A DNA stretch of 64,000 nucleotides, taken from IMG/VR virus record IMGVR_UViG_3300025162_000016, positions 186,001 through 250,000 of that record. One strand, given 5' to 3'. The translations under genes were made by a program, and so were the position numbers. The stretch's first letter is position 1; each line of letters begins with the position of its first letter. The notes below the pieces were generated by a model. The model made no database searches. It worked only from the letters and a program-made list of their open reading frames with translations, and was not told the DNA's origin. Below, piece by piece: positions 1 through 8,759 of this stretch.

Positions 1-2
1 CC

Positions 3-1058
3 TCTAAGCAGGAACTTGGCGATTTACAGAAAAAGATGTTGGATTTGATTGAAAAACACGGTATTGAACTCGTATATGTACCAGTAACAATGTCGGGGAA
101 CGATGCTACACTTCGGATCGGCTGCGTAGTTGTAAAAAAACTTACTATGGAGTTGATTGAAGCCGGGAAGGAAGTTTTCCCCATGGTTAATGCTTGGAAA
201 GATGGAGATGGCAATATTAGACCTGATAACGCAATGGCGGAGGCGGTGCAAAAAGGAATTTTGTTGGGAAATAAATTGGGTCGGAAACTGATTATTCGTA
301 GAGAATCCAATCGAAATAAAGAAATTCGAAAACGTTATGGGAAAATTAATAAACGATTAATTTATTCGGCTGGATTTGATTCGGAAGATATTTTTGAGAA
401 AATAAATATCTCTAAATATTCCAAAGGAAGTTTACATATTACCGTTGATGCCAGTACATCAATGGTCGGTAAAAAATGGAATGATACAATAACGATGTGT
501 GTGGCTGTTTGTAAAGCAACCTCCATGGTGGATAACATTCATGTCACCGTTTCTTTTCGTGCCACTAAAACGGTTAGTGGAGTAGAGATGCCTTATGTAG
601 TTCAGGCATATGATTCTCAAGTAGATAAATTTTCCAAAGTAAAAAATTTGTTTCAATATCTTTGTCCCTGTGGATGCACTCCGGAGGGGCTGGCTTTTCA
701 TGCAATAATGAATTTGTTTACAAAGGCGGCACCCGATGAGGAAGATAGATATTTTCTTAATATCTCTGATGGCGAACCTTATTTTGCTATGAAATCTCCG
801 TTAACAGGTCAAATTTTCAATTATGGGGATGAAAACGGAGTAGAACATACCAAAAATCAAGTAAATAAAATCCGTAGGCAAGGAATACATATACTTAGTT
901 ATTATATTCAAGATGAAACATGTAATAGTTGGATCGGGGATGGTCATAACACCAAAAAGAACTTTCAACTCATGTATGGACGGGATGCTAGATTTTTAGA
1001 TATAAACAGTGTCACTGCATTAGCAACATCAATCAACGAACTTTTTTTGAAAGAGTAA
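3..1058 (+). CDS. VWA (MIDAS) domain protein, CobT-like, 5'-truncated by window edge
   Basis: Frame open from nt 3; MIDAS motifs DASTS, TPEG, ISDGEP. Confidence 0.8.
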   Translation, partial: SKQELGDLQKKMLDLIEKHGIELVYVPVTMSGNDATLRIGCVVVKKLTMELIEAGKEVFPMVNAWKDGDGNIRPDNAMAEAVQKGILLGNKLGRKLIIRRESNRNKEIRKRYGKINKRLIYSAGFDSEDIFEKINISKYSKGSLHITVDASTSMVGKKWNDTITMCVAVCKATSMVDNIHVTVSFRATKTVSGVEMPYVVQAYDSQVDKFSKVKNLFQYLCPCGCTPEGLAFHAIMNLFTKAAPDEEDRYFLNISDGEPYFAMKSPLTGQIFNYGDENGVEHTKNQVNKIRRQGIHILSYYIQDETCNSWIGDGHNTKKNFQLMYGRDARFLDINSVTALATSINELFLKE

Positions 1059-1067
1059 AAAAAAGTG

Positions 1068-1096
1068 TTGACATTTTATAGGGTCTGTGATATTGT
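1068..1096 (+). promoter_or_regulatory. sigma70-type promoter
   Basis: TTGACA-17nt-TATTGT with TG extended -10, upstream of ORF 1126. Confidence 0.75.
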
Positions 1097-1125
1097 TAGT
1101 TTGATAATTATAAACCGTAAAAATT

Positions 1126-1491
1126 ATGAATAAAAATAAAGAAAGAAAAAACACGACAAGTCTTAATGTAAACTGGCCAAAGACGCCGTATTTTACAATT
1201 GAAGACGTATTTGCAGCAAATAAGAATGCAAAACCTATTACTTTACGAGTTCGCCTTACTAAGGAAATTGAAAATGGTAGAGCTGGGGAAATCGGTTATA
1301 TAACTGGCCTTCAAGGAAGACCTCGGAAGGTATTTGCGTTTACGCCTATTTCTCAGGTAATGTTAGATTCCACTAAATCACGGCAAATTATTTTGGTTGA
1401 AGAGAACCGTCTCGCTAAATTGAAAATTGCGCCGATGGTTGCTGCTTTTGTACCAAAACCGACGGTTAAATCGGAACTGTTGCCAGTATAA
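1126..1491 (+). CDS. putative winged-helix DNA-binding protein
   Basis: Basic 121 aa; FTIEDV...TLRVRL...GRPRKVF resembles a wHTH with GRP wing. Confidence 0.5.
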   Translation: MNKNKERKNTTSLNVNWPKTPYFTIEDVFAANKNAKPITLRVRLTKEIENGRAGEIGYITGLQGRPRKVFAFTPISQVMLDSTKSRQIILVEENRLAKLKIAPMVAAFVPKPTVKSELLPV

Positions 1492-1521
1492 GAATTATTA
1501 TATCACCCCGCCATATACCAT

Positions 1522-1728
1522 ATGCCCGTTAAAAAAAGAAAAAATCCTAAAAAAGGAATGTCTATTCGGGTGTATGGTATATGGTCGAAGAAAAAAAATA
1601 AAATGATTTATACCAATCTATCAAAAGAAGATACTGAATTGGAATATGATATGGAAGGTTATAACGAATCTGCCCACATCATTGTTTGTTTGGATGCCCT
1701 ATATGATATTAGTAGTTTGGGACTTTAA
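1522..1728 (+). CDS. hypothetical protein
   Basis: 68 aa ORF co-oriented with neighbours. Confidence 0.6.
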   Translation: MPVKKRKNPKKGMSIRVYGIWSKKKNKMIYTNLSKEDTELEYDMEGYNESAHIIVCLDALYDISSLGL

Positions 1729-2032
1729 TATCAACCGCCTTGCCCGTAAGTGGAGTTCCAATTTTTTTTATCTCACCGTTCCCTTGCATGCGATAAACAT
1801 ATAAAGTAATTATTTTTTCTAAGTATGAGGAGCCATCGTTTTGATCTATGAGTGCGGAAAATAATTTTGGATTTTTAAAATTCCCTCGAACTGTTCCTTT
1901 TGATGCATAAATAATGGGATCTCCCCAATCGGAATCATATAATACTGCGTCCTTTCCAAGGAATACTAAATTAAACATAGTTCCATGAATGAAATCTTTT
2001 TTGGATGGATTTAATACTCGTTCTTTAAGCAT
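1709..2032 (-). CDS. hypothetical protein
   Basis: Start re-placed at MLKERV (2032), 3 nt after TATTTATA box. Confidence 0.6.
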   Translation of the reverse strand: MLKERVLNPSKKDFIHGTMFNLVFLGKDAVLYDSDWGDPIIYASKGTVRGNFKNPKLFSALIDQNDGSSYLEKIITLYVYRMQGNGEIKKIGTPLTGKAVDIKVPNY

Positions 2033-2072
2033 GTCTATAAATAGAATAAAATGAACAAAAAACATATAAAAG

Positions 2073-2101
2073 TTGACGTTTTAATGTAAATGTGATATAG
2101 T
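2073..2101 (+). promoter_or_regulatory. sigma70-type promoter
   Basis: TTGACG-17nt-TATAGT with TG extended -10. Confidence 0.75.
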
Positions 2102-2134
2102 TAGTAAATATGAACCAAATACAAAATATACAAT

Positions 2135-2305
2135 ATGGGGAGAACATTTAGAAAAAATGATTTTAGGCGTCCTAAAAAGGACAGGTCCGGTAATAAGAGT
2201 CGTAAACTTCGAGAGTACGAGGGAGAAAAGTTTAAATTTAGACCTCCGTCTAATCAAGATTCATTAGAAGTTCCAGAACCACCGGAATTTTCGGATGAAC
2301 CGTAA
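2135..2305 (+). CDS. small hypothetical protein (56 aa, not in ORF track)
   Basis: MGRTFRKNDFRRPKK...FSDEP*; fills gap between promoter and ORF 2308. Confidence 0.6.
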   Translation: MGRTFRKNDFRRPKKDRSGNKSRKLREYEGEKFKFRPPSNQDSLEVPEPPEFSDEP

Positions 2306-2307
2306 AT

Positions 2308-2595
2308 ATGGTTGTTGAATTATTTCTTACTATTAGTTTTATATCTATCATGGTTGTAGGTTATCTTCTGTGGGCATATCAACAGCGGTTTGAAAATTTA
2401 GTGGGGGATCATACTGCTTTGAAAGCAAAGGTTCGAGAGGGTGAACGTGCCATTGTAGAGAATTTTGGAATTATTGGAAAAAAGTTTACAAAGTTAGAAC
2501 ATGAAATCAAAGACGCAAAGAGAATCACTACCGGTAAAACCAAAGAAGCCGTTAAAGCCGCTACGCAACTCGAACGACGTAGAGAACTCAGCTAA
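2308..2595 (+). CDS. membrane-anchored coiled-coil protein
   Basis: N-terminal hydrophobic helix followed by charged helical region. Confidence 0.6.
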   Translation: MVVELFLTISFISIMVVGYLLWAYQQRFENLVGDHTALKAKVREGERAIVENFGIIGKKFTKLEHEIKDAKRITTGKTKEAVKAATQLERRRELS

Positions 2596-3046
2596 ACTCT
2601 CGTTGTTTGATCATGTGAAACATATTCGGGGTGTTCAAGCCCCGGATTATTTCAATAACCTTTCCGAAGAAAACCAGAAATCCTTTAATCATTTCATGCT
2701 TCTTCGGGCATTATCAATGGATGATGATTGTGTGGGTGAAATGGCCTTCTTATATCGTTATTTTGATAGAATACCTTCGCCACAATTTTATACTCTTTTA
2801 ATTTCATTGACCCCGAAAAACAATAGATGGGTTCCTTGGATTAAAACCAAAATTATTAAACATAGTCCAGATTTATTAAATCTGGTGTCTAAAAAGTTTG
2901 AAATCTCAAAAAGACAGGCCAATGAATATGTAAATGTGCTAGTTGCTACTAATGAAGGGTTAGAACAATTGGTTGGTTTATGTCAAGCAATGGGTCTGAA
3001 TGATAACGAAGTAGAACAGTTATTTAACAAAAAGGATTATAAGTGA
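2501..3046 (+). CDS. clamp loader small subunit, T4 gp62-like
   Basis: LFDH...SFNHFM..RALSM...FY..L...PK..RW..WIK pattern of gp62-like proteins. Confidence 0.65.
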   Translation: MKSKTQRESLPVKPKKPLKPLRNSNDVENSAKLSLFDHVKHIRGVQAPDYFNNLSEENQKSFNHFMLLRALSMDDDCVGEMAFLYRYFDRIPSPQFYTLLISLTPKNNRWVPWIKTKIIKHSPDLLNLVSKKFEISKRQANEYVNVLVATNEGLEQLVGLCQAMGLNDNEVEQLFNKKDYK

Positions 3047-3711
3047 AAGTATTGGCAGTTTCCGGTTTGGCTCGTGTGGGAAAAGATACCTTTTGTTCTA
3101 TTGCCATAAATATTTTAGCTAAGAATGGCATTAATGCAAAACGATATAGTTTCGCTGAACAACTAAAAAAAGAAGTGGCTCCATTTCTACATGATATGTG
3201 TAGAGTTAGTCCGTGGACCACTGACGAAGAAACAAAAAAAGATATTCGTGATTTCCTCGTATGGTATGGAACTACATTTTGGCGAAAACGTGATCCTAAA
3301 CGATGGATCAGAGGGGTAGATACCCAGATTAAAGTGGATGCGAATGATGTTGACATTGCTCATGATGTTGATGTTGCTATTATAACCGACGTGAGATATC
3401 CGAATGAAGCGGAATGGGTTCATTCGTTGGGAGGGTATCTTATTCATATATCAGCTTGGAGAATGGCTTCCTATGGCGAATGTCATGATATGGGTGGGGG
3501 TGACTTCAATGAGACAAAAAAGTTTTTTGAGGCTCCAAATGAACAGGAACGTATTAATGATCCTTTAGTAAAAGAAATGTCTGATTATAAATCAGAATGG
3601 AAATCTAAGGGATTAACACCGGGACAGGCAATTGAGGATATCGACTTTAAAATGGAAGTTCGGAAAGCATTGGATTCTTGTGCGTGGTTCACCGGCGCAT
3701 TGTTCCTATAG
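3043..3711 (+). CDS. deoxynucleoside monophosphate kinase, T4 gp1-like
   Basis: P-loop SGLARVGKDT, FAEQLK, IITDVRYPNE. Confidence 0.8.
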   Translation: MKVLAVSGLARVGKDTFCSIAINILAKNGINAKRYSFAEQLKKEVAPFLHDMCRVSPWTTDEETKKDIRDFLVWYGTTFWRKRDPKRWIRGVDTQIKVDANDVDIAHDVDVAIITDVRYPNEAEWVHSLGGYLIHISAWRMASYGECHDMGGGDFNETKKFFEAPNEQERINDPLVKEMSDYKSEWKSKGLTPGQAIEDIDFKMEVRKALDSCAWFTGALFL

Positions 3712-3979
3712 GTCTTCCACTGAGATAGAATGTAAGGTTTTGATCTGAAACATGACTTAAAAAATGTGGTTTGAATGAGTTAATTACAGTTCCTACTGCT
3801 TTCGTGTAAAGAGATTTACAATTTTCATAAATTTTTTGTCGATCGTTGTTTTTCCAGCAGTTACATTCTCGTTCGTATTCCATTACACAAATGGAAACTG
3901 CCTCGATATCTTTATGTAATCCTCTTAATTGATTTGAATTAACAAAGTTTCGAAATTCAGTGACATTTCGTATATCCAT
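3689..3979 (-). CDS. hypothetical protein
   Basis: 96 aa ORF closing the minus-strand run. Confidence 0.6.
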   Translation of the reverse strand: MDIRNVTEFRNFVNSNQLRGLHKDIEAVSICVMEYERECNCWKNNDRQKIYENCKSLYTKAVGTVINSFKPHFLSHVSDQNLTFYLSGRPIGTMRR

Positions 3980-3980
3980 A

Positions 3981-4409
3981 TTAATTTAGAAGCTTATGGA
4001 CAATACCAAAAAGGATAAGTCCTCCGAAAAAGGCTATAGGAAATATAATCAGATGCCCCGTCCATAATGTTAGACCAATACATAACCATACGGTTACACA
4101 TATTGGACAAGTGATGAGTCGGGTGAAAAAATTGTTATGATATTGACGAAGATATCCGTGATAAGTTAAAGTGACATCATCTTTCTTTTTTTCGTAATAA
4201 TCTTTATAATTAGATAAGAAATTAAGATGAAAAACTTGGCAATATTCTACGAATGCTTCTGTCCGGAAAAATATTAGTAATACAAATGCCAAAAGACAAG
4301 AACTATTTATAATAGTAAATATCATAGAGTTTTTAAGAAATTTGTCCCAATCATTTTCACAGATATATTTCACAATAATTAATGATATGCTGAATAGAAA
4401 AATATTCAT
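3981..4409 (-). CDS. membrane protein, DUF1360-like
   Basis: Hydrophobic helices and LITCPICVTVW motif; start may be at 4325. Confidence 0.55.
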   Translation of the reverse strand: MNIFLFSISLIIVKYICENDWDKFLKNSMIFTIINSSCLLAFVLLIFFRTEAFVEYCQVFHLNFLSNYKDYYEKKKDDVTLTYHGYLRQYHNNFFTRLITCPICVTVWLCIGLTLWTGHLIIFPIAFFGGLILFGIVHKLLN

Positions 4410-4415
4410 TAATCA

Positions 4416-4600
4416 TAAATAGTTTCAGTTATATCATGAACTACCCACCCGCTAAAGCAAGTGGGTTTCCCCGCTTGATTAGTTTCTGAGTTTCGTGGTT
4501 CACAGACTTGATTACTCTCTCTGTTTTACCAGATACCATCCTCGACGCCTCCCCACGTTTTTGTTTATCGTGCGATTTGATTCCCAAACCACACAAACCT
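4416..4600 (-). ncRNA. predicted TnpB omegaRNA (scaffold to 4436, then guide GATATAACTGAAACTATTTA)
   Basis: Known TnpB architecture: RNA overlaps the gene 3' end and right end; 5' boundary approximate. Confidence 0.6.
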
Positions 4601-5799
4601 TGTTTTAATATATTCAGGGACGCATTATAGTCCCTATCGTGATGAATGTTACAAATAGGACAATCCCATTCTCTATCACCCTTCTTTAATGATTGGTTTA
4701 TGTATCCACAATCATTACAGGTTTTAGAAGATGGAAACCATCTATCCACTTGGATGAACTTCCTATCGTTCCATTCACTCTTATATTTGAGTTGTCTAAC
4801 AATCTCATACCAAGATACTTCTTGTATTGACCTTGCTCTCCTATGGTCTTTCATCATATTGATTATACTTAAATCTTCCATACAGATTATTGCGTTGTTT
4901 TTGACAATATCATTAGTAAGTTTATGAGTATAATCCATTTTTACATTAGTTATCTTTTCGTATGTTTTTGCTAACTTAACTCTTGCTCGTTCTCTATTCT
5001 CACCTTTCTTTGTTTTCTTGGAATGCTGTCTTTGTTGGTATTCCAGTTTCTTTCGATATTTCTTTGCTATTCTTGGATTGGAAATCTTTTTACCATCGGA
5101 GAAAGTCATCAGGTCAATCAATCCTAAATCAATACCTACACTTTTATTTGTCTCCTTGACTTTAAGTGTGAAATCTTCCTCAACAATGAATGATACAAAA
5201 TACTTGTTAGTTTTGGTTTTGGAAATGGTGAGGAAACAAATCTCATAGTTTTCTCCAAATGGTCTATGTTGGTTTACCTTAATTGCTTTCAATTTAGGAA
5301 TAGTCAATAGTCCATTCTCAAAAGTAAAATGTTGAGGAATACAGAATGATTGTTTATCGTATTTGGATTTGAAAGATGGGAAGGACGCAATCTTTTTGAA
5401 GAACCTTTGGTATGCTACATCAAGTTGTCGTAATGATTGTTGGAGAGATTGACTATTGACTTCGTTCAACCATTCAGTATCTTTATCCTCTTTCAATGCC
5501 ACAAGAAGTTTAGCCGTATCGTTGTATCCTATTCCTTTTCCATTTTTGAGGTAATGGTCTTTTCGGGCATTAAGAAAGTAATTAAAGACGAAACGGGAAC
5601 AGCCAAAGGATTTAGCAAAGAAGGTCTTTTGTTCTTCGGTTGGAAGAACTGGAAACTTATATCCTCTGGTTATTCTTTTTGTTGTCATCAAGTATAAGTA
5701 TATCGAAGATTTACAAAAAGTTATTTTATTTGTAAATATCTTCATTTTCAATGGGTCGCATTCATCCCATCCCCTAAAGGAGATGGGTTTTATGCTCCC
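4436..5799 (-). mobile_element. non-autonomous IS200/IS605 (IS1341-like) element, TnpB only
   Basis: Subterminal hairpins CCCATCTCCTTTAGGGGATGGG (left end) and CCCACTTGCTTTAGCGGGTGGG-TAGTTCAT (right end); left boundary uncertain by 1-2 nt. Confidence 0.85.
4441..5688 (-). CDS. tnpB: TnpB RNA-guided endonuclease
   Basis: RuvC D/E/D (GIDLG, MEDL, DRDYNA), CNDC/CPIC zinc ribbon; start re-placed at MTTKR. Confidence 0.95.
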   Translation of the reverse strand: MTTKRITRGYKFPVLPTEEQKTFFAKSFGCSRFVFNYFLNARKDHYLKNGKGIGYNDTAKLLVALKEDKDTEWLNEVNSQSLQQSLRQLDVAYQRFFKKIASFPSFKSKYDKQSFCIPQHFTFENGLLTIPKLKAIKVNQHRPFGENYEICFLTISKTKTNKYFVSFIVEEDFTLKVKETNKSVGIDLGLIDLMTFSDGKKISNPRIAKKYRKKLEYQQRQHSKKTKKGENRERARVKLAKTYEKITNVKMDYTHKLTNDIVKNNAIICMEDLSIINMMKDHRRARSIQEVSWYEIVRQLKYKSEWNDRKFIQVDRWFPSSKTCNDCGYINQSLKKGDREWDCPICNIHHDRDYNASLNILKQGLCGLGIKSHDKQKRGEASRMVSGKTERVIKSVNHETQKLIKRGNPLALAGG

Positions 5800-6595
5800 T
5801 CAAAGATAAAATGCCATGGCTAAGGAGTTGTTTTCTACTATCATTCGAAACCTTCTAAATATCCGGAAATCATTTTCGGGCATGAAGAAGTTATGTTTTA
5901 ACATTATATCGATAAACCATACATTTCCTTTAGCATTTACATGTTGAGGTTGGGCTTCATTCACACTGAAAGTGCTATCGTGAATGAGTAGATTTGTACG
6001 TCCTGTCAGATTTTTTACCGTAGCATTTAAATCCGGAATATGTTCAAAACAATCCATCGCAAGAATGGCGTCGTAATGAGTTGCCGGTCCTTTTAAAAAA
6101 TCATCTACATCGATCATTTGGATTCCGGCAATTCCAAATTTTTTCATTAAAAATTCACAGAACTTATATTGATGACTAGTTTTAAAATCACAATATAGAA
6201 TATGTAGGTCTGGAAATTTCTCTTTAAGAAGAAAGCTCGTAATACCCAGTCCTCCCCCCATAATCCACCAGCGAAGTTATTTTGTAATTTTCTATTGCAT
6301 TATAAATGAAACCTAGTTTATCTGTAAACATTGAACAAGCATTCCATGGTAATAAATCAAAGATGTAAAAATCGGTTTCTTTATACCAATTTTCAATAGT
6401 TATATTATCGTGATTTTTTAATTTATTCCATTCTTCCGATAGTTTCTCAACCCCTTTCCGGACGTTGAGATTTCCCATCTTGTTGAATTGATAAAGCAAT
6501 GTTTTTACATCATCTTTAGAGTATTTCTCTTTGAAATATTCATGAACAAGATCGACGCAGGTATTTTCATTTGAAATAGTGTCAAGGATAGTCAT
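5800..6595 (-). pseudogene. class I SAM methyltransferase frameshifted in a G6 tract
   Basis: ORFs 6224-6595 and 5800-6261 join as VDYGGGLGITS if one G is removed at 6254-6259; later AMDCFEHIPD motif. Confidence 0.8.
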
Positions 6596-7845
6596 TCTAT
6601 GATTTGGTTGACATACCATGGCGAGTCGGCATGTATTAGTTTTTTTTCAATTTGATTGATATTACGAATATCAAAAGTAAAGATGTCGTATTCCATTATT
6701 CCGATTTCACCGGAATCTTTAATCAAAGGCGGGAATTGTTTAATGATATTCATTTGCGATTGATTAAAATGTGTAGCATCGAATCTCACGATGATATCAT
6801 TTGAATAATTCGACGTAGATGGAAGTATTCGTTTTGAAAGATCGAATTTTGTATGCGGTTGTTCCTGTTCAATATAGCGTTTAATATTGTCTGGCGATTC
6901 TAGAAATAAGGTATCACACCATGGTTCAATGAATTCAATCAGTTTGTATGGACAGTTTTTTACGACAAATCCGGTATCATATCGGGGGTTGACAATAGGT
7001 AGCATATTTGCATCATGTAAAACATCAGAATGCCATTTTCTCCACCATTCCCGAAATTTGTTTTGACGAAGTTTAGTATATTCATCCGAATCTTGGGCTC
7101 GTTTCCATATATTATTTGAACTCACCGGTATTTCTTGGATTATTTTAATACCGTCTTTAAATCGACTACCTCGACAAGTCATGTGATATACAAAAGACGA
7201 ATGTATTTGTATTAAATTATATCCTTTTAATAAAAATCTATTTCCAATGTCGCTATCCTCTAATTCCATGGGTGCGAAGACTCTTTTATCGTGTCCTCCT
7301 ATAGATAAAAAATCTTTTTTGTGAATTATCCAAGGAGCAAAAAATCCTTGTGTTTTTTTATTTGTTAATTCATTTTTTTTAATAAAATTTAAAAAAGCAT
7401 CCTCTTGGAACTGTTCCGGTTCCATTCCAAAATCGGCAATGTGTTTAGATGGATCTGGGGGATGAAGTGGCGGTTCTACTCTTGTTAGAGTGACTACCAT
7501 ATTTTCTTCCAAAATATTAAGGGCATTTTCCAATGCATTACTTCCCATATACATGTCGGCATGAAATATACCTACAATGGGTTTAGTTGATAAATCTATT
7601 CCTCGATCATATAAAACCGTGTGGCCAATTCGTTCTGGGCCATTATTTCTTGAGATTTTTAAGTTCGAATCGAGTTGTTGTTTTTCGTTCATCCATTTCC
7701 ACGTTCCATCGGTGGAAGCGTCGTCTAACATTATAATTTCAACATTATATTTAATATTTTTTCTAATGGAATTATATGCCCATTGTAAATATTTTAAATT
7801 ATTTCTACTGGGTAGTATTAAAGATATTTGGTCCAATTTATTCAT
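6592..7845 (-). CDS. GT2 glycosyltransferase
   Basis: ISLILPSRN, DDASTDGT, FHADM, LEDSD. Confidence 0.9.
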   Translation of the reverse strand: MNKLDQISLILPSRNNLKYLQWAYNSIRKNIKYNVEIIMLDDASTDGTWKWMNEKQQLDSNLKISRNNGPERIGHTVLYDRGIDLSTKPIVGIFHADMYMGSNALENALNILEENMVVTLTRVEPPLHPPDPSKHIADFGMEPEQFQEDAFLNFIKKNELTNKKTQGFFAPWIIHKKDFLSIGGHDKRVFAPMELEDSDIGNRFLLKGYNLIQIHSSFVYHMTCRGSRFKDGIKIIQEIPVSSNNIWKRAQDSDEYTKLRQNKFREWWRKWHSDVLHDANMLPIVNPRYDTGFVVKNCPYKLIEFIEPWCDTLFLESPDNIKRYIEQEQPHTKFDLSKRILPSTSNYSNDIIVRFDATHFNQSQMNIIKQFPPLIKDSGEIGIMEYDIFTFDIRNINQIEKKLIHADSPWYVNQIIE

Positions 7846-7859
7846 AAATTTTCTTTATA

Positions 7860-8759
7860 TCATTTGGGAAGGTTAAACAATCTACCAACCCATTTGAGTA
7901 AAAGCTCTCTTTCTAGATTTAATCTATCGTTAAACATATTGCATCTGTATCCGGTATAATCTCTTACAATATTATAATCTTTAAGAGGACTAGTGTTGTG
8001 ATGTCCTTTGAGTATGTTTGTTACATGGTATTGTGGAATTTTATGATATAATCTAGACCATTGGAGGCAATAATCATCGTGTCCTATTAACAAATCTGGA
8101 CAGTATAAATTATCCGGCATTTGGTCCGATAAGACGGATGCGGGGGATTCGATTGTATTTAATGGTTGTCCGGGTACTACAAAAGGTATAGTTATAATGG
8201 TTGGGTCTCCCCATTTTTCATTAAATGCGTAAAGTGTTTCCAATGAAATTGGATCTGCGAATCGCATAAATCCATCTTTTATATCTTCGTTTTTTATGTT
8301 TTGAATAGAACAATGTTCTATTGGTTCCCATCCTCCCCACATTTTTCTGGCGGCAAATGTTAAAATATATGGGCGAGTTTTACATTGTTTGTCAAATGTT
8401 TCCGATATATAAAAATATTCCAATGGAAGTAAACAATCTGCGTCTCCCCAATAATTGAGTCCATTTTTTATTGAAAACTCTCGTTTAACGCAAGGGGGTC
8501 CAAAAATCGGATCTTTGTCTGTTATATGAACAATCTCACAGTGTTTAACAAAGGGATGACTCATGAAATGAATCCATTGTTCTTCCGGATCATTGATCGG
8601 AGTGTCCATGTAATTTTTTGTTTGTCCGTTTAGAATTAGAATAAATTCGGTAGGGGCGGTTGAATATTTATATGCATTTTCTATAGACGTTAAAGTTTCA
8701 TTAACTACTTTTACGTCTTTCCAAGAAATTTGCATTGTAAATCTATTTTTATTTATCAT
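7860..8759 (-). CDS. putative GT-A glycosyltransferase
   Basis: WGDAD DxD-like motif, GHDD; cluster context. Confidence 0.55.
   Translation of the reverse strand: MINKNRFTMQISWKDVKVVNETLTSIENAYKYSTAPTEFILILNGQTKNYMDTPINDPEEQWIHFMSHPFVKHCEIVHITDKDPIFGPPCVKREFSIKNGLNYWGDADCLLPLEYFYISETFDKQCKTRPYILTFAARKMWGGWEPIEHCSIQNIKNEDIKDGFMRFADPISLETLYAFNEKWGDPTIITIPFVVPGQPLNTIESPASVLSDQMPDNLYCPDLLIGHDDYCLQWSRLYHKIPQYHVTNILKGHHNTSPLKDYNIVRDYTGYRCNMFNDRLNLERELLLKWVGRLFNLPK

Noticed and set aside
3345-3380. Short DVDIAH/DVDVAI duplication in the dNMP kinase
   Set aside because: 18-bp in-frame loop duplication with no evident significance
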